This document shows, in pieces, positions 1-13,829 of a DNA stretch of 64,000 nucleotides. Source of the DNA: Isurus oxyrinchus. Its lineage: Eukaryota. Made by a program: the position numbers and the translations under genes. The DNA lies in contig JANJGN010000021.1 in the NCBI GenBank assembly GCA_026770705.1, positions 97,092,001 through 97,156,000 on the forward strand, in the 5' to 3' direction. Position 1 is the stretch's first letter. Each line of letters starts with the position of its first letter. The notes beneath the pieces are model-generated. The model had not been told where the DNA came from, made no database searches, and was given only the letters and a program-made list of their open reading frames with translations.

Positions 1-226
1 CTTTGATAGACGCTTATGGTCTTAACACAACTTGTCAATGCTTGTGGTTCAGAGTCAGAGTCGCAATTTGCAGTGACACATATATCCTCCAGGTTGACAC
101 ACACACAGCAAAATACTATCGATGCTGGTAATCTGAAATTAAACGCAGAAAACGTTGGAGGTACAGAGAAGGCCTGTTTTGGAAAGAAAAACTGATTTAA
201 TGTTTCAGGCCGATGACGTTCGCTGA

Positions 227-280
227 GACCGCGGTTGCTGCAGCCAAAATGCAAAACTTTAACCCCTGCACGATCACTAC
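227..280 (-). pseudogene. Truncated tRNA-His head fused to a Penelope-type tail
   Basis: Reverse complement GTAGTGATCGTGCAGGGGTTAAAGTTTTGCATTTTGGCTGCAGCAACCGCGGTC|TCAGCGAACGTCATCGGCCTGAAACATTAA. Confidence 0.7.
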
Positions 281-2199
281 ACGACACAACAGCTGGATAC
301 CTGCTACGATTACAGGAATGTTGTGCATGACACTAGTTAGGAAACGTGTTTTTATTGCTAAATAATCCAAATGAGACACCGACATCTCAGAACGACGTTC
401 CTTCGAACTCTTCCCAGAAGAACTGAGTTTGAATCCGACACAGGCTGCTCTGGCATGCTGTCATATATCGCTATTGCCAGCTTTGAAACTGATGGATGAG
501 AATTAAAATCCGCCTTTCATTTTCATTCTCGGCTGACTCCAAGGTTCTTTCATACAAGGAGATAATGCAATTCATTTCAAAACTCCAATCAAGGAATTGG
601 AGGTTTAAAAGGCAGGCACAGGACAACATGCATTAGGCCAACAAAGGCCGCACCTGTGCTGTTTTCTCACTTGTGGAGCTCTGGAATATGGTCCAATACC
701 TGCCAGGTTAGTTTACAAGGTTGATCGGAAACTCCAACAGGGGAAGAATGTATGATCGAGAAGGGGAAGGCTACATGCAGAGAGAGGTGATTGCAGGAAA
801 TTCTCTGACATTCCTGATAGACTAAAGATATAGAAGCATTTATGTAGTATATGCCTGAAGCTCAGCTTATAATGAATCTGATGTTCAGAATTGCACATGG
901 AGAGTCCGAATCAGCATGTTAGAGGGTGGGGCTAATGAGGCCAAATGAAAAGGTACATTTGTCAATTAAATGACATAGAACTCGTTTCAAAAAGCGTGCA
1001 GTCCGACAGATCTGGAGCCCCACATTATTGATTTGACCATGTTTCATTGACCTGTAGGGATTCAGACAGTTCAGCAATCTACATAAGGCGGTACTAAAGA
1101 TCACGAAAGTCGGCCAAGATCAAAACGAAAGACTCAACGGCAAGTCTCTAAGCACCAGTGTCTTAAGGGCTCATCCAGGTAGTTGTATAAACAAGTCTTA
1201 CAAATTTTATGGCGACAAAAGCAGATCTGAAGCTGGTAATTCTGTGGTCACTCACATGATGACTCTCCAATGCCTGTCGATCATCTACAACACGAGAGTC
1301 AGAAGTGTGATAGATAATGCCAAAATTATCCAGGGGCATGAATTGGTGCCCCATGCTCTGGTGCTCAGACCATTCCATCGAAAAGGTGCACTGCAGGAAA
1401 TCAGCAAAGAGCGGTAATTCCAGGGGCAGCAAGGACATGCTAAGACATAACTGGAGTAATAAAAGCCAACTGAACTCATGAACATGGTCATCAGAAGACC
1501 CAAGGGAAAGCAACACTTTGAACTCGATTTGCCTCGCCCTCAGCACCCAACCGGTGTCCAACCGGGCATGTGGAAACCGAATTTTAGCCTAAATGTTACA
1601 AGTTTCATTCATAACAGTCTGGAGAGAGGAACTGTATGATGAGTCCCGTATGCTTTTGACTGATGAACCTTGTTAAATTGAATTATCAGGTCTGGCAATT
1701 CCTGGTTACCCATCGAGGCTATAATAGAGTGGAGGACAATGTTCAAATTAAAGAGTCTCCTTGGAGATTTCCCAAAAGAAGAAACTGTCAACTTGAAACC
1801 CCGGCACTGAAAAAAAGGACAGAAGACTAAAACAAACACTTTTGAAAGATATTGAGGAATGAATCACAAAATTTATCAAGAGGGATCATTCTGTATTCTG
1901 CCCGCTCCAGTACTTAGATAATTGTCTTTCTCCATTGAACAAAGTGAGATTAGAAAGATTATAATTATCAGCAGAGACAAAATCAACAGTCAAATTGAAC
2001 ATGATTCAAACCTGGATGTGATTGACAGCAGCAAAACCAGTAAAGTCGAAACCCTGGAGTCATTTGTGGATGCGCTGATGGTTGTTTCACTGTGTTGAAT
2101 GACTGAGTGAATCCCTTCCCAGACCCCGAGAAAGTGGACGGTCTTCCCCCAGGGTGAACTCGCCGGAGTGTCTTCAGGTTACTTAAAGGCAAAGATCTT

Positions 2200-3620
2200 C
2201 GCCCAGCCAGAGCACGGCGGTTACTTTTTTCATCAATGACCTAAATGAGGAAAATGAGGCTGAGGTCGTGAGGAAAATCCTAAGCTTGGGGCCGAGACAG
2301 TTGAAGTCATGGTAACCAATGGTGGAACGATTACAATTGACAATGCACATTCGACCAGTATTAGAGCAGCACATGCATCTCAGAGGGCTTTTCAGCTGGA
2401 GGTGATTACCGGGAAATGAAGGGGCAAGGACATGAGGCATATGAACAGATGAATGAGAACTTAGATTTGAGGCCTGCTGAACCGGGTGTCAATTTATGTC
2501 AGCGAGTTAGGCAAAATATTTTTCAAGGCTTCCAGTTGATGGGGGATGGAGAATGGCAGGACTTCCAAAGATTAGATGCAATATTCAAGTCTAGAGGCTA
2601 TGAAGTAAAGGAGGAGACCTGGTGAGGTAGGCGCAAAAGCAAGCATTGCGACAGTGATGGCAATAGGTGTAGCTTTATTGACAATGCGCGTCTGAGGTGA
2701 GAATCTCTTCTGGGCATGAAAGATAAGAACAAATCTGAGAACGGTGTTTCAATCTATTCCTGTTTCCAGGGACAACGGCGTAGTCAATGAGTAGGGAGCG
2801 GAGTTTGTGTTACAGAGGTAGAAAAGTCAGGCTTAATGGCGTCTTGGATAGGTGTTTGGAAGCTTGACCTGGGTCAAATACGACATGGTTCAGCTTCAGA
2901 CATTTGCCAGGTAGGGGAATTGAGTCATTTGTTCAGAAATGGTGATTGCAATGCCAATGTCTTCCGTTATCCAAATGTTTAATTGGAAATTAATTCTGTT
3001 CAACTTGTTCTGGATGGCGGACAATTGAGCAACAGTGGAGGATTCGACAGAGGTGTTGCTGAGGTAGAGTTGGGTGCATTCGACACACATGAGCAACTAG
3101 CTCCGTGCCTTACAGTGATATTATCAAGGGACAGCATAATAATGGAAAATAGCAGGGGGCTAAAGTCTTTATCCTTAGGAGTTACCAGAGGTAATTGCGT
3201 GGGAAGGAAGTGAAGCCATTCACGGTGATTCTCTGGCTGCAATGGGATCAGTCAGAATGACACAAGGTCAGTGTGTTACCAACCAGCTGCAGGGCAGGGG
3301 AAAGGTGATGAAGTAGAAAGCGGGATCAGCTGTGCCATATACTGCAGGCAAGTCGAGAAAGATGAAAAGGAGTAGATTATCATTCTCAACGTTACAAAGA
3401 ATGTCATTATTGACATTGGTAAGAGCCAATTCCATACTGTGGGGGGAGTAGAAAGCTGATGGTGGAATTGAAACATGGAATTTCTGGAAACGTGTGAATC
3501 GATTTGGGAGGTGACAGTACGTTCAAGTAATGTAGAGAGGAAAGGGAGTTTGGAGGTTTGTCGGTAGTTTAAAATGATGGAGGAGAGGCAAGAGTTTGTT
3601 TTTTGTGATACAGATTCAAG
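2200..3620 (-). mobile_element. Decayed L2-clade LINE
   Basis: SPLLFSIIMLSLDNITVRH (resembles GPLLF.IYMLPLG.IIR.H) and TQLYLS. Confidence 0.7.
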
Positions 3621-3687
3621 AGAAGGGGACGAGGTTGGATGGTCAGAAAAACAGCCATGGAATAAGAGGGAAATAGCGAGCAGCAGG

Positions 3688-3905
3688 AGGCAATGGCGTC
3701 ATGACATTGTCCCTGGATAGGAATCCAGAAACCCAGGGTAATTCCCTGGGGACCAGGGTTCGAATTGAATTCAAATAGCATTTGAATTCAGTGTACATCT
3801 GGAATGAAATGTCTAATGATGACCGTGACACCATTATTGACTGCTGAAAAAAAAACATCTGGTTCACTAATGCCATTTAGTGAAGGAAATCTACCGTCCT
3901 TATTG
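3688..3905 (+). mobile_element. tRNA-derived SINE (partial)
   Basis: A-box-like TGGCG, B box GGGTTCGAAT and body CTGGTTCACTAATGCC.TTTAG.GAAGGAAATCT. A homologous minus-strand copy lies at 37.1-37.4 kb. Confidence 0.7.
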
Positions 3906-3929
3906 TCAGGAAGCCAATAAAAAGTAATG

Positions 3930-5720
3930 AAACCGGACGGACTACCCGGCATCGACCAAGGCACCGAAAATGACAATGGCAAAATCAGCCCAGCACATTC
4001 GTGCAAATTATAGGGTTGAAATGTATGCGGCAAAATTTACGGTTTGAACCATCAGCCAGAAGGGCCGCATGGATGATCAATCTCGATCTCCTCTGTAGAT
4101 CCCCAAGCGTCACAGATGCTAAGTCTTCAGCCAATTTAATTCACTCTACGTGATATCAAGAAACAGCTGAAGGTACTGAATACTGCAAAGGCAATGGACC
4201 CTGATACTATTCCGGCCATAGTACTGAACACCTGTGATGCAGGACTTGCCGCGTACCTAGCAAAGCCATTCTAGTACACTTACAACACTGGAATCGAGCC
4301 GGCTATGTAGAAAGTTGTACAAGCAGGCCCTCTTTGTAAAAAGTAGGGCAAATCCAACCCTCCTAACAACCACCCTATCTGTCTCCTCTCGACCAGGGGT
4401 AAAGTAATAGAAGGGGTCATTCATACTGCTGTTAGGTAGAACTTGCTTAGCAATAACCTGCTTACTGGCACCCAGTTTGGGTTCCGTCAGGGCCACTCAG
4501 CTCTTGAGCTCATTACAGCCTTGGTTCAAACATGGACAAAAGAGCTGATCTCCCGAGGTTTGTTTAGATTGACTGCTCTTCACATCAAGGCCGTATTTGG
4601 CCCAGAGTGATATCAAGGAGCCCTCGCAAAACTGGTGTTAATGGGAATCAGGGGGAAAACTCTCCACTGGCTGGAGTCATATCTAGTACAAAGGAAGATT
4701 ATTGTAGTTGTTGGATGTCAGCCACCTCAGCTCCAGGACATTACTGCAGGAATTCCTTAGGGTACTATCCTCAGCCCAAACACCTACAGCTACTTCATCA
4801 ATGACCATTCTTCCATCTTAAAGTCAGAAGTGGGGATGTTCGTTGATGATTGCACAATGCTCAGCACTATTCGCGATTCGCCAGTTACTGAGGCAGTCCA
4901 CGACCAAATGCAGCAAGTCTTGGACAATATCCGGGCTTGGGCTGACAAGTGGCAAATAACATTGGTACCACAAACGTGTCAGGCAATGAACGCCTCCAAC
5001 AAGAGAGAATCTATCTATCACACCTTGACTTTCAATGGTGCCCTCATCATCACTGAATCCCCCACTATCAAGGCCCTGGGAGTTACCATTGACCAGAAAC
5101 TGAACTGGATTAGCCAAATAAGTAAAGTGGCTACAAGAACAGGCCAGAAGCTAGGAATCCTGCGATGCGAAACTCACCTCCTGACCCCTCACAGCCTGTT
5201 CACCATCTACAAGGCACGTGTGAGGAGTGTGATGGAAGGCTCCCCACTTGCCTGAATGACGGAATCTCCTACAACACTGAAGAAGCTTGACAATGTCCAG
5301 GAAAAAGCAACGTGCTTGATTGGCAGCACATCCACAAACATTCAATCCTTCCACCACCGACGCCAAGTAGCAGCAGTGTGTACCATCTACAAGATGCACT
5401 GCAGGAATTCACCAAGGTTCTTTAGACAGCACCTCCTAATCCCACTACCTTTAGAAGGATAAAGAAAACAGATAAATGGGGACACCACCATCTAGAAGTT
5501 CTCCTCCAATTCACTCACCATTCTGACTTGGAAATATATCACCGTTCCTTCATTGTAGATGGTTCAAAATCCTGGAACATCTTCCCTAACAGCACCGTGA
5601 GCACACCTAAACCTCATGGACTGCAATGGCTCACCACCACCTTCTCAAGGGCAACTAGAGATGTGCAATAAATGTTGGCCCAGCCAGTGAAGCCACCATC
5701 CCATGAATGAATATAAAAAG
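3930..5720 (+). mobile_element. CR1-clade LINE 3' part (decayed RT)
   Basis: MFVDDCT (FADD-like), AWADKWQ and LGVTIDQKLNW. 3' tail GCAATAAATGTTGGCC..CCCATGAATGAATATAAAAA. Confidence 0.9.
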
Positions 5721-6179
5721 ACGCCCTTTCCTTACATTAAAATAATGTCCAAAGACATGCAGCCAGGGCGCCACGTAGAATCAGGATCTTATATTGTATT
5801 ATCAATAACAAGACTGAATTATTTTAATTGTTTTTCTCTGTGAAATTGAGATGTGTTGCTTCAGGTGGGAAAGAAAGGTCGAGATGCAAACGAAGCTTAA
5901 TAAATCGGGCTTAATTCCCGAAGAACAGTCACCCTCTTCATACTTTTTATTGTTTGACATTTGTGAAGGAAGTTGGGACAAAGCTTAAAGAGAAAAAAAT
6001 AATTCGAAATGGTTAGCTGATGTGAATACCAGGAGGTAATTAGTGTGGCCAGCTGTATACTGGGAATAGTATCAAGGGAGCAGGAGCTGGTCGCATGGGC
6101 TAGATGAATAAAGGGCATGAGGATTTCGGAGGGACAGAACCTGTAAATAACCCCAACAATTCATTCTACCGACACAGAG

Positions 6180-6570
6180 CTGATCAAGAAGACACTAAGT
6201 TCTCTGCAAGTACACCGCGCTTTACAACCGTGCCATGATATGAATGCCAAAAATCGTGGGATTGGTGAAATTGGAGCTAAATTAGTTAAACACTGGCAGA
6301 TACAAAGCAAGTTGAACACATATTGAAATTAATTAAAATGCGTTATTTTAATAGCCTGACTTGTTAAGCATTCCGACAAACTGCCAGAAAGGACGGTGGA
6401 AGCAGATTGATAGCAAACGTATATAAGGAAAAACGAAATAAATAAATGAAGAGGAAATGTTCACAGGACCTTGGGTGTAGGTAAGGAAAGTGGCATGAAT
6501 TAGATCATTATTTCCGACAGCCAACATAGGCACAATGTTCCCAAGGTAATCGTTCTGATTCCGTGATTAT
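6180..6570 (+). mobile_element. Decayed CR1 3' fragment
   Basis: Resembles 19100-19355 and ends in ATTCCGTGATT. Confidence 0.5.
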
Positions 6571-9128
6571 GTGTGATTTTGACCACCAACTTTGGCCTGT
6601 TTAACTCTGAGGTTGCAGCGGCTCAATGACTGAGCTGAGTTGGGAACAATGCCGGTTGTGAGGGTATAAGTTGAGCAGGAACTACCGAGTATCTCGCTAT
6701 CCCGTTCTCTCCTCCTGTCCCCTCCTCTCCACGACCTAAGGCAGCATATCATAGTATTCCATGTTGGAGTTAACTTTGTCATTCAAAGTTTTCCCAGCAC
6801 TTTTCTGCTTTTATTTCAGGTTTATATATTGCTCTAACTGCTCCAAAACTCTCACCACCCCCAACCCCATTGTCACTCTCACCATGGCCAACTTTCAACA
6901 GCATAAAACCCCTTATATCTGTGTCTCTCTTCAGCTCAGTAGAAGAGCCCTACGGACACAAACGTTAACTTTACTTCTCTCATCACAGATGTTGCCAGAA
7001 CTGCAGAACAGCCTGGTGTTTTCTATTTTAACTTCAAATTGCAGCATCCGCAATATTTTCCCTAAAATGTTACCGAAGTTTGTGTCTTTACAGAAGCTGC
7101 TTCATCTGCTTAGCACTTGCAGCATTTATGTTGGCATTTAAATTGTTGACTCTGGATAGGTGCGTTCCAATCCTACAGATGTTCAGTTAATTTCTATTTT
7201 TGCCCATAATTGATCCTTGCATTTTTCCACTGCCACTGCCAAACCTGATAGCATAATAAACGATTGCTCGAGAAACTTTCTTGCAAATCTTGTCATAACG
7301 TCAGGGTCAAAAGGAAAAAGAGAAATGGTCAGGCAGCATCTATGGAAATAGAAACAGAGTTAACTTTGCCAGTCCAAGTATTTTACGGTATGTTTTACTT
7401 TTATTTCAGACTTATATTTTGGACTAACTGCTCACCATCCCTCACTCGCATCGTCAGCCTCCACATTTCAACAGCCTAAAAGCCATTCCATTCCTACCTC
7501 TCTCCAGTTGAGAAAAAGAGTCATGAGGACTCAAGCATGAACTCTATTTTCCTCTTCACACATGCTGTCGAGGCTGCTGAACTTTGGTGCCAGTTTCAGT
7601 TTTTATTTCGCATTTGTAGCATCTACATTATTTTATCTAAAATGCTACCCTTGTTTCTGTCTTCACAGAAGCTGCTTCACCTGCTCAGTACTGGCCGCAT
7701 TTGTGTTGGCTTAGAAGGCGGTGATTCTGGATAGATCCGTTGTAATCTACAGAAAATTGTTCTGTTCATTTACCGTTTTTTTTGCTCGAAATTGTTCCTC
7801 ACCCATTTCCACAGCCACTGCCAAACCTGATGACAGAATAAACATGCTTTACCCTGTCAGGAATACTGCTCCAGCTGAAGTTAAAAATTGCACATTTAAT
7901 ACTGCCATTTCATCACACGGGCGAAACAGAGTCAGGCAGAAAACCTCCGCGCTCATTTTTAGACACGTTCAGTTTTACCATCGCGATTCAGTCATTAAGA
8001 ACTGGATTTGAAAAACAGCGTGCAACAATCATTATTTAGGTCCGCCAACATATTAGTGAAGCCATCGATGTTAAGCTAGATTTCCAAAAGTGCCAAATAA
8101 ATAATATATTCAGTGCTGTGCTCTTCTCAAAAATTCTAGCTCATCCAGGAGAACCAATGAAAATAAATCACGTTCCAAAACAAAAAAAAGATTTTCCTAT
8201 AATGTAATCTTTTTAGGTTGAAATGCTTACCATGTTTGCATTGAAGTCAGTCCAGAACGAAAGATTTACCGGGATATTAATGGGGTAGCCTTGCAATTTT
8301 ACAATTTAACATATTATTTTGTTACCAAAAGAATAAGTTGCTTCCAAAGTTAAGTCACCGAAACACTCAGCACAATGGGGAGCAACCTTCCACAAACAAC
8401 AGATAATTCTCGAATTCTGATATGCACTAAACTTAACAAAGTTGAGTCAGGATGGGAGGGGAGCTCTGGAATTACTAAATCAGTTTAAGTAGGTTAGCTT
8501 TTTGTGAACCAAAGCAGCCTTCAATCAGTGAGCGCGGTAGTATGGAGGGTGTGTGTGTTTTTTTTTTTGTCCTTCTTCTGCAGATCAGGAAACAAATCCT
8601 AAGCTGATTCATGATAAGTTAATGTTTTGCACTGTCGCTGAAGCAACCTGTTTCTCATGGAGTTTCATAAACCCGAAGCAGTAAAACCATACCCATTCCG
8701 TAAAGTGCTGCAGGACCTCCTGTGCACCACCAACATTTTCTATTTTTGTTTCTTATTTCCAGCATCGACAGTATTTTACTTTTGTGTGTATGAATCTGGA
8801 GAATAACTGAAAGTTACCTTATGAGGAATCCAACACTGATTTGAACAACGGACTTGAGAGAGCCTTATAAATGACTTAAGGGTCTACCAAATTCACACTG
8901 CCAAGAACCACGTTGGCAAATGTTTAGAAAACGTTTTCAGTCGCTCCATTCAATATTATGCCTTGAAACCAGCGGACAATGAACATGAATTTTGGAAACT
9001 TGGAAGTTAAAATCGCTCTTCTGTGTTAGTCTGGCCGAACGATCGAGTGCACCATTTTCAAGCTGCTTGGTGGTGAGGCTGCGCTACTTCCTTGCAGCAT
9101 GAGGTGAATGAAAGCACGAGGATGTGGT

Positions 9129-9200
9129 GCCGTGATCGTATAGTGGTTAGTATTCTGCGTTGTAACCGCTGCAACATCGGGTCGAATCCGAATCACGGCA
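9129..9200 (+). pseudogene. tRNA-His-derived pseudogene, anticodon drifted to GTA
   Basis: GCCGTGATCGTATAGTGGTTAGTATTCTGCGTTGTAACCGCTGCAACATCGGGTCGAATCCGAATCACGGCA. Perfect acceptor stem, but T54G and stem mismatches. Confidence 0.88.
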
Positions 9201-11500
9201 ATGCTTTCTCTATAATGTTGCATTTTAGCCGGAAGAACACAGCAGGATATTCCGTTTTGGAAGAAAGTATTTTTTAATGGCAAAACACATTTCATCCTTT
9301 CAAACGTAACGTGCCCACATGTCTGTGTTTGATTCTCCAGAAGTCAAAACCCCACCAACCTCCCAGATTTCTCTCTTTCGCAATCACTGACCTCCTTGAA
9401 GTAACTCCTTCCATTTCATTTCAATGTTAATGCGGCATTGTCTCATCTAACACTCTCTTCCACATTGCAACTTTGACATTTTTTTGCTATCATCGCTTAT
9501 CCTGCCGGCACATTGCCCATTTGCACCAATGGTACATCTGTGATTTGAAAGCAATGCCTACATATAGATCTGTGTGACCCCACACAGCCAAGCACTATCT
9601 AAGCAGGGCTGCATTCGGAAAACTCCGAGCCCATTAGTCCAGAAATTTCCCTGCGAATCTCGTCATACAGTGTCCGAAGCAAAAAGAGAGATTGCTGAAA
9701 TAAAAAAATCGGAGCTGCCAGGTAGCACCTGTGGAAATAGAAACACAGTTGATTGTGCCAGTCCAAGTTTTCGCAGCGCTTTTCTGCTTTGATTTCAAAC
9801 TTGTAATTTGCTCTATGTGCACCAAACTTCTCACCAGCCCAAACCGCACTTTCGCACAACTCCAACCACGTTTCAACAGCATAAAACCCATTATGTTCCC
9901 AGCTCTCTTTAACTCTGAAGGTCATAAGGATACAAACGTTAAGTCTACTTTTCTCTTCACGGATGCTGCCAGAGCTGCTGAGCTTTGCTGGTGTTTTCAG
10001 TTTTTACTTCACACTTGCAGGTTTTTATTTTACCTAAAACGTTATCCTTGTTTCTCTCTTCACAGAAGCTACTTCATCTGCTCAGCACTTGCAGCATTTA
10101 TTTTGGTATTGGAGACGTTGATTCCGGATAGATCCATTCCAGTCCACAGCAAATTTTTCTCTTCAATTCCGTGTTATTTCTGCTCGTAATTTGTCCGGCG
10201 CCTCTTTGCACGGCTACTACCAACCCTGTTGAAACAATAAACATGTTTTCCCCTGTCAGGAAATCTGCCCCAGCTGAGCCTTAAACTTACACTTTTAGTA
10301 TTGCCACTGCACACCAAGCGCGAAACTAGAGAGTCGGGCAGAAAAGCTCCGCGCTCATTTCTATACATATTCAGTTTGTATCATGGCCACAGGGGCAGAG
10401 TTCATTTCATTCAGTGCCTCAGAACTAGATTTCGATGACAGTGTGTAACAATCTTTGCTTTGGCCCATTAGCATTATAGTGAAGCCACCGATGTTAAACC
10501 AGATGCCCAAAAGTGGCGAAAAAAATATATACAATGCTGTGCACATTTCTTAATTACTAGCTCCAACATAAGAACCAAAGAAAATAAATGACGTTCCAAA
10601 TGATTTTAAAAGTTTTTTTCTCTTTTCTCTTTTTGGAATAAATTGCTTCTCCTGTTTTCATCACAATCAGTCTGGAACGAAACTTACCGAATTCTTCATG
10701 GCGGTAGCAATGCAAATTTTCAATTTTACATATTATTCCGTTGCTAATAGAATAAACTGATCTGTAAAGTTAATTCCCCGAAGCACTCAACAGAGAATTC
10801 CACTGAGGGGCAGGCTCGCTCAAACACCAGATAATTCCAGGATTTTGATATTCACTCGGCAAAACGGTGTTACAGCCGAACAGGAGGAGAGCTCTGGAAT
10901 TACAAACTCAGTAGAAGTCAGTTAGCTTTATTGTCAACCAAATCAGTCTTCAATCAGACAGCCCGGTAGTATGGAAGGTTTATCTTTTGAGCTTCTTCTC
11001 CCGATCACGGACAAGCCCTACGCTGATTTCTGGTAAATTCTTGACTTGCATTGTCGATGAAGCAAGCTCATTCTCAGTGAATGTCTGCTGCTGGACCTCC
11101 TGTGCACCTGCAGAATTTTCTGCTTTCTTTTTCTTATTTCCAGCATTTTGATTTTGTCTGTATGAAGCTGGAGGATAACTGATGATGCCCTTTTGGGAAA
11201 TCGGACCCTGATTCGAAAAACGGACTTTGAATAGCTCTTGAGCAAATTAAGAGTTTTTCAAATTCACACTGCCAAGCGCCACGAAGACAAATGTTTCGAA
11301 AACGTTGCTATTCGCTCCATTCAATGAAATGCCTGAAATCCAGCGGACAAGGAACAGGAAAGTTTGAAAGCTTGGTAGTCCAAATCCCTGCTCCGTGTTA
11401 GCTTGGCCGGACAACAGAGAGCGCTGTTTACAAGCTGCTCAGCCGTGAGGGCGTGCTACTTCCCTGCAGCTAGTCAATGATGAGTGCACCGAAATGTGTC

Positions 11501-11557
11501 GCAGTGATCGTATAGTGGTTAGTACTCTGCGCTGTGGCTGCAGCAACCTCGGTCCGG
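11501..11557 (+). pseudogene. 3'-deleted tRNA-His pseudogene
   Basis: GCAGTGATCGTATAGTGGTTAGTACTCTGCGCTGTGGCTGCAGCAACCTCGGT, then the T-loop and 3' acceptor strand are lost. Confidence 0.85.
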
Positions 11558-13829
11558 TTTCACTATGTTGTCGTATTTCAGCCAGAAGTGCACGGCCATT
11601 TTTGAGAACAATCATATTCAATGGCGAAACACATTTCATCCTTTCAAATCAAACATGACTGTGTTTAATTCCCATAATTCAAAACCACGCTAACCTCCCA
11701 GATCGTTTCTCTTCCGCTATCACTTATCGCCTCGAGTTAACTCCTTCCATTTTTCATTTCAATACGGCATTGCCTCATCTAACAATCTCTTTCACACTTA
11801 CAACGTTGACTTTGTTTTACTACCATCTCTTTCCCTGTCAACACGTTGCCCTTTCGCACCAATGCTACATCTGTGCTTTGAAAGCAATGGATGCTTTCAG
11901 ATAGCTGTGTCTGCACACAACCAAGCGCTGTCTAGGCAGGGTTGCAATCGGATAATTCCGAACCAATTGCTCGCGATATTTTCTTGCGAATCCCGTCATA
12001 CGAAATAAAAATAGAAATTGTTGAAAAAAATCGTAACAGTCTGGCGTATCTGTGGAAATGTAAACAGAGCTAACTTTGGCAATATAAGTTTTCCGAGCAA
12101 TTCTCTGTTTTGTTTCAACTTATAGTTTGCTCCATCTGTTCCAAACCTCTCACCAGCCCCTACTCGCATCCTCACCACACCCGAACCACATTTCAATAAC
12201 AACAGCCCATTACGTTTCCATCTCCCTTCAGCTCTGATAAAGAGTCAAAAGGACTCCAACTTAAATCTGCTTTTGGCTTGACGTTGCTGCCAGAGATGCT
12301 GAGCTTTGCTGTTATTTTCAGTTCTTACTTCACACTTGCGGAATCCGCAGTTTTGTTTCGACCTAAAACGTTATCCTTGTTTCTGTATTGAAAGACATCT
12401 TCATTTGCTCAACACTTGCACTATTAATGTTGGCCTTGGAAACGTTGACTCTGGATAGGTCCGTTCCAATCCACAGAACATTGTTCTGTTCACTTATGTG
12501 CAATTTTCTCTCGAAATTGTTCCTCGCCCATTTCCAAGTCCATTGCAAATCCGGATGACAGAATAAACACGTTCTCCCCTGCCAAGAAATCTGCTCCAGC
12601 TGACTCTTAAACTTACAAGTGCCATTTGAAAACACGCGTGAACACATTGCGGCATCCAGAGTCGGACAGAAAAGCTCCGCGTTCATTTATATACATGCTC
12701 AGTTTGCGTCATGGCGACAGGGGCACACTTAATTTCATTCAGTGCGTAAGAACCAGATTTAGCTGACAGTTTGCAGCAATCGTTACTTTGGTCTGCGAAC
12801 ATGTTAGTGAAGCCACCGGTGTTAAACTAGGTGTCCAAAAGTGGAGAAGAAAATATATTCAATGCTGTGCACTTTTCTTAAAGGCTACCCCCGACATAGG
12901 AACGAATCAAAAGCAACTATGTTCCAAAATTTTTTTAAAAAATGTTTTCTCTTTTCACTTCTTGGAATGAATTGCTCACCCTGTTTGCATTGCAGTCAGT
13001 CTGGAACGAAATAGCTATGGAGACATTAATTACGGTAGCAATGCAATTTATTGCGTTTTTCATATTATTCCGTTACTGATAGAATAAACTGCTTTGTAAA
13101 GTTAATTCCCCGCAACACTCAGCACTAAAATCCAATGGGGAGCAGCCTCGTACACACACCAGATAATTATCGGATGCTGATATCCATTCGCCAAAACAAC
13201 TTTACTGCGGAACGGGAGGAGGGGTCTGGAAATACGAAATCATTTGAAGTCGGTTAGCTTTTTTGCCAAATAAGTCAGTCTTCAATCAGAGAGCAGGTAG
13301 TATGGAAGTTGTTTCATTTTTTCGTCCTTCTTCTTCATATCAGGGACAAGTCGTACATAGATATCTGGTAAATTAACGTTTTGCATTGTCCCTGAAGCAA
13401 CCTGGCTCTCAAGGGTTGTCATAGACTTGAAGCATCAAATCGGTTCACGAAAAGCGCTGGGAAAACTGCTGTTGGGTCTCCTGTGCACATGCAAGATTTT
13501 CTGTTTTCGATTCTGATTTCCAGCATGCACAGAATTTTCCTTTTGTTTGTATGAAGCTGGAGCATATCTGATGAAGTTCTTTTGAAAAAATTAGACTCTG
13601 ATTCGGACCCACGGACTTTGAACAGCCGTATTAATAACTTAATGCTCAATCGAATGCACACTTCCCGGCGCCATGATGACAAATGTTTGGCAAATGTTTG
13701 GAAAAAAATATGTTCATTCGCTCCATTCAGTGGAATGCCTGGAATTCGGCAGGCAATGAATAGGAACAATTGGCAGATTGACAGTTCAAATCAGTCTCCT
13801 GTGTTTGTCTTTCTGCGCAATTGGAGGAG

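Larger units (their letters stand above)
6740..13810 (+). repeat. Older, diverged tandem copies of the same His unit (~2.37 kb), with a ~0.6 kb internal duplication at the left end
   Basis: Spacer motifs shared with the main array (GAAGCTGGAGGATA, CGGACTTTGAA, GTGAAGCCACCGATGTTAAAC) recur at ~2.37 kb. tRNA remnants at 9129 and 11501. The third unit breaks off just before its tRNA. Confidence 0.88.

Noticed and set aside
4830-5462. Active reverse transcriptase or retron-like system
   Set aside because: Stops, frameshifts and a mutated catalytic motif (FVDD) mark it as an ordinary decayed CR1-clade LINE.
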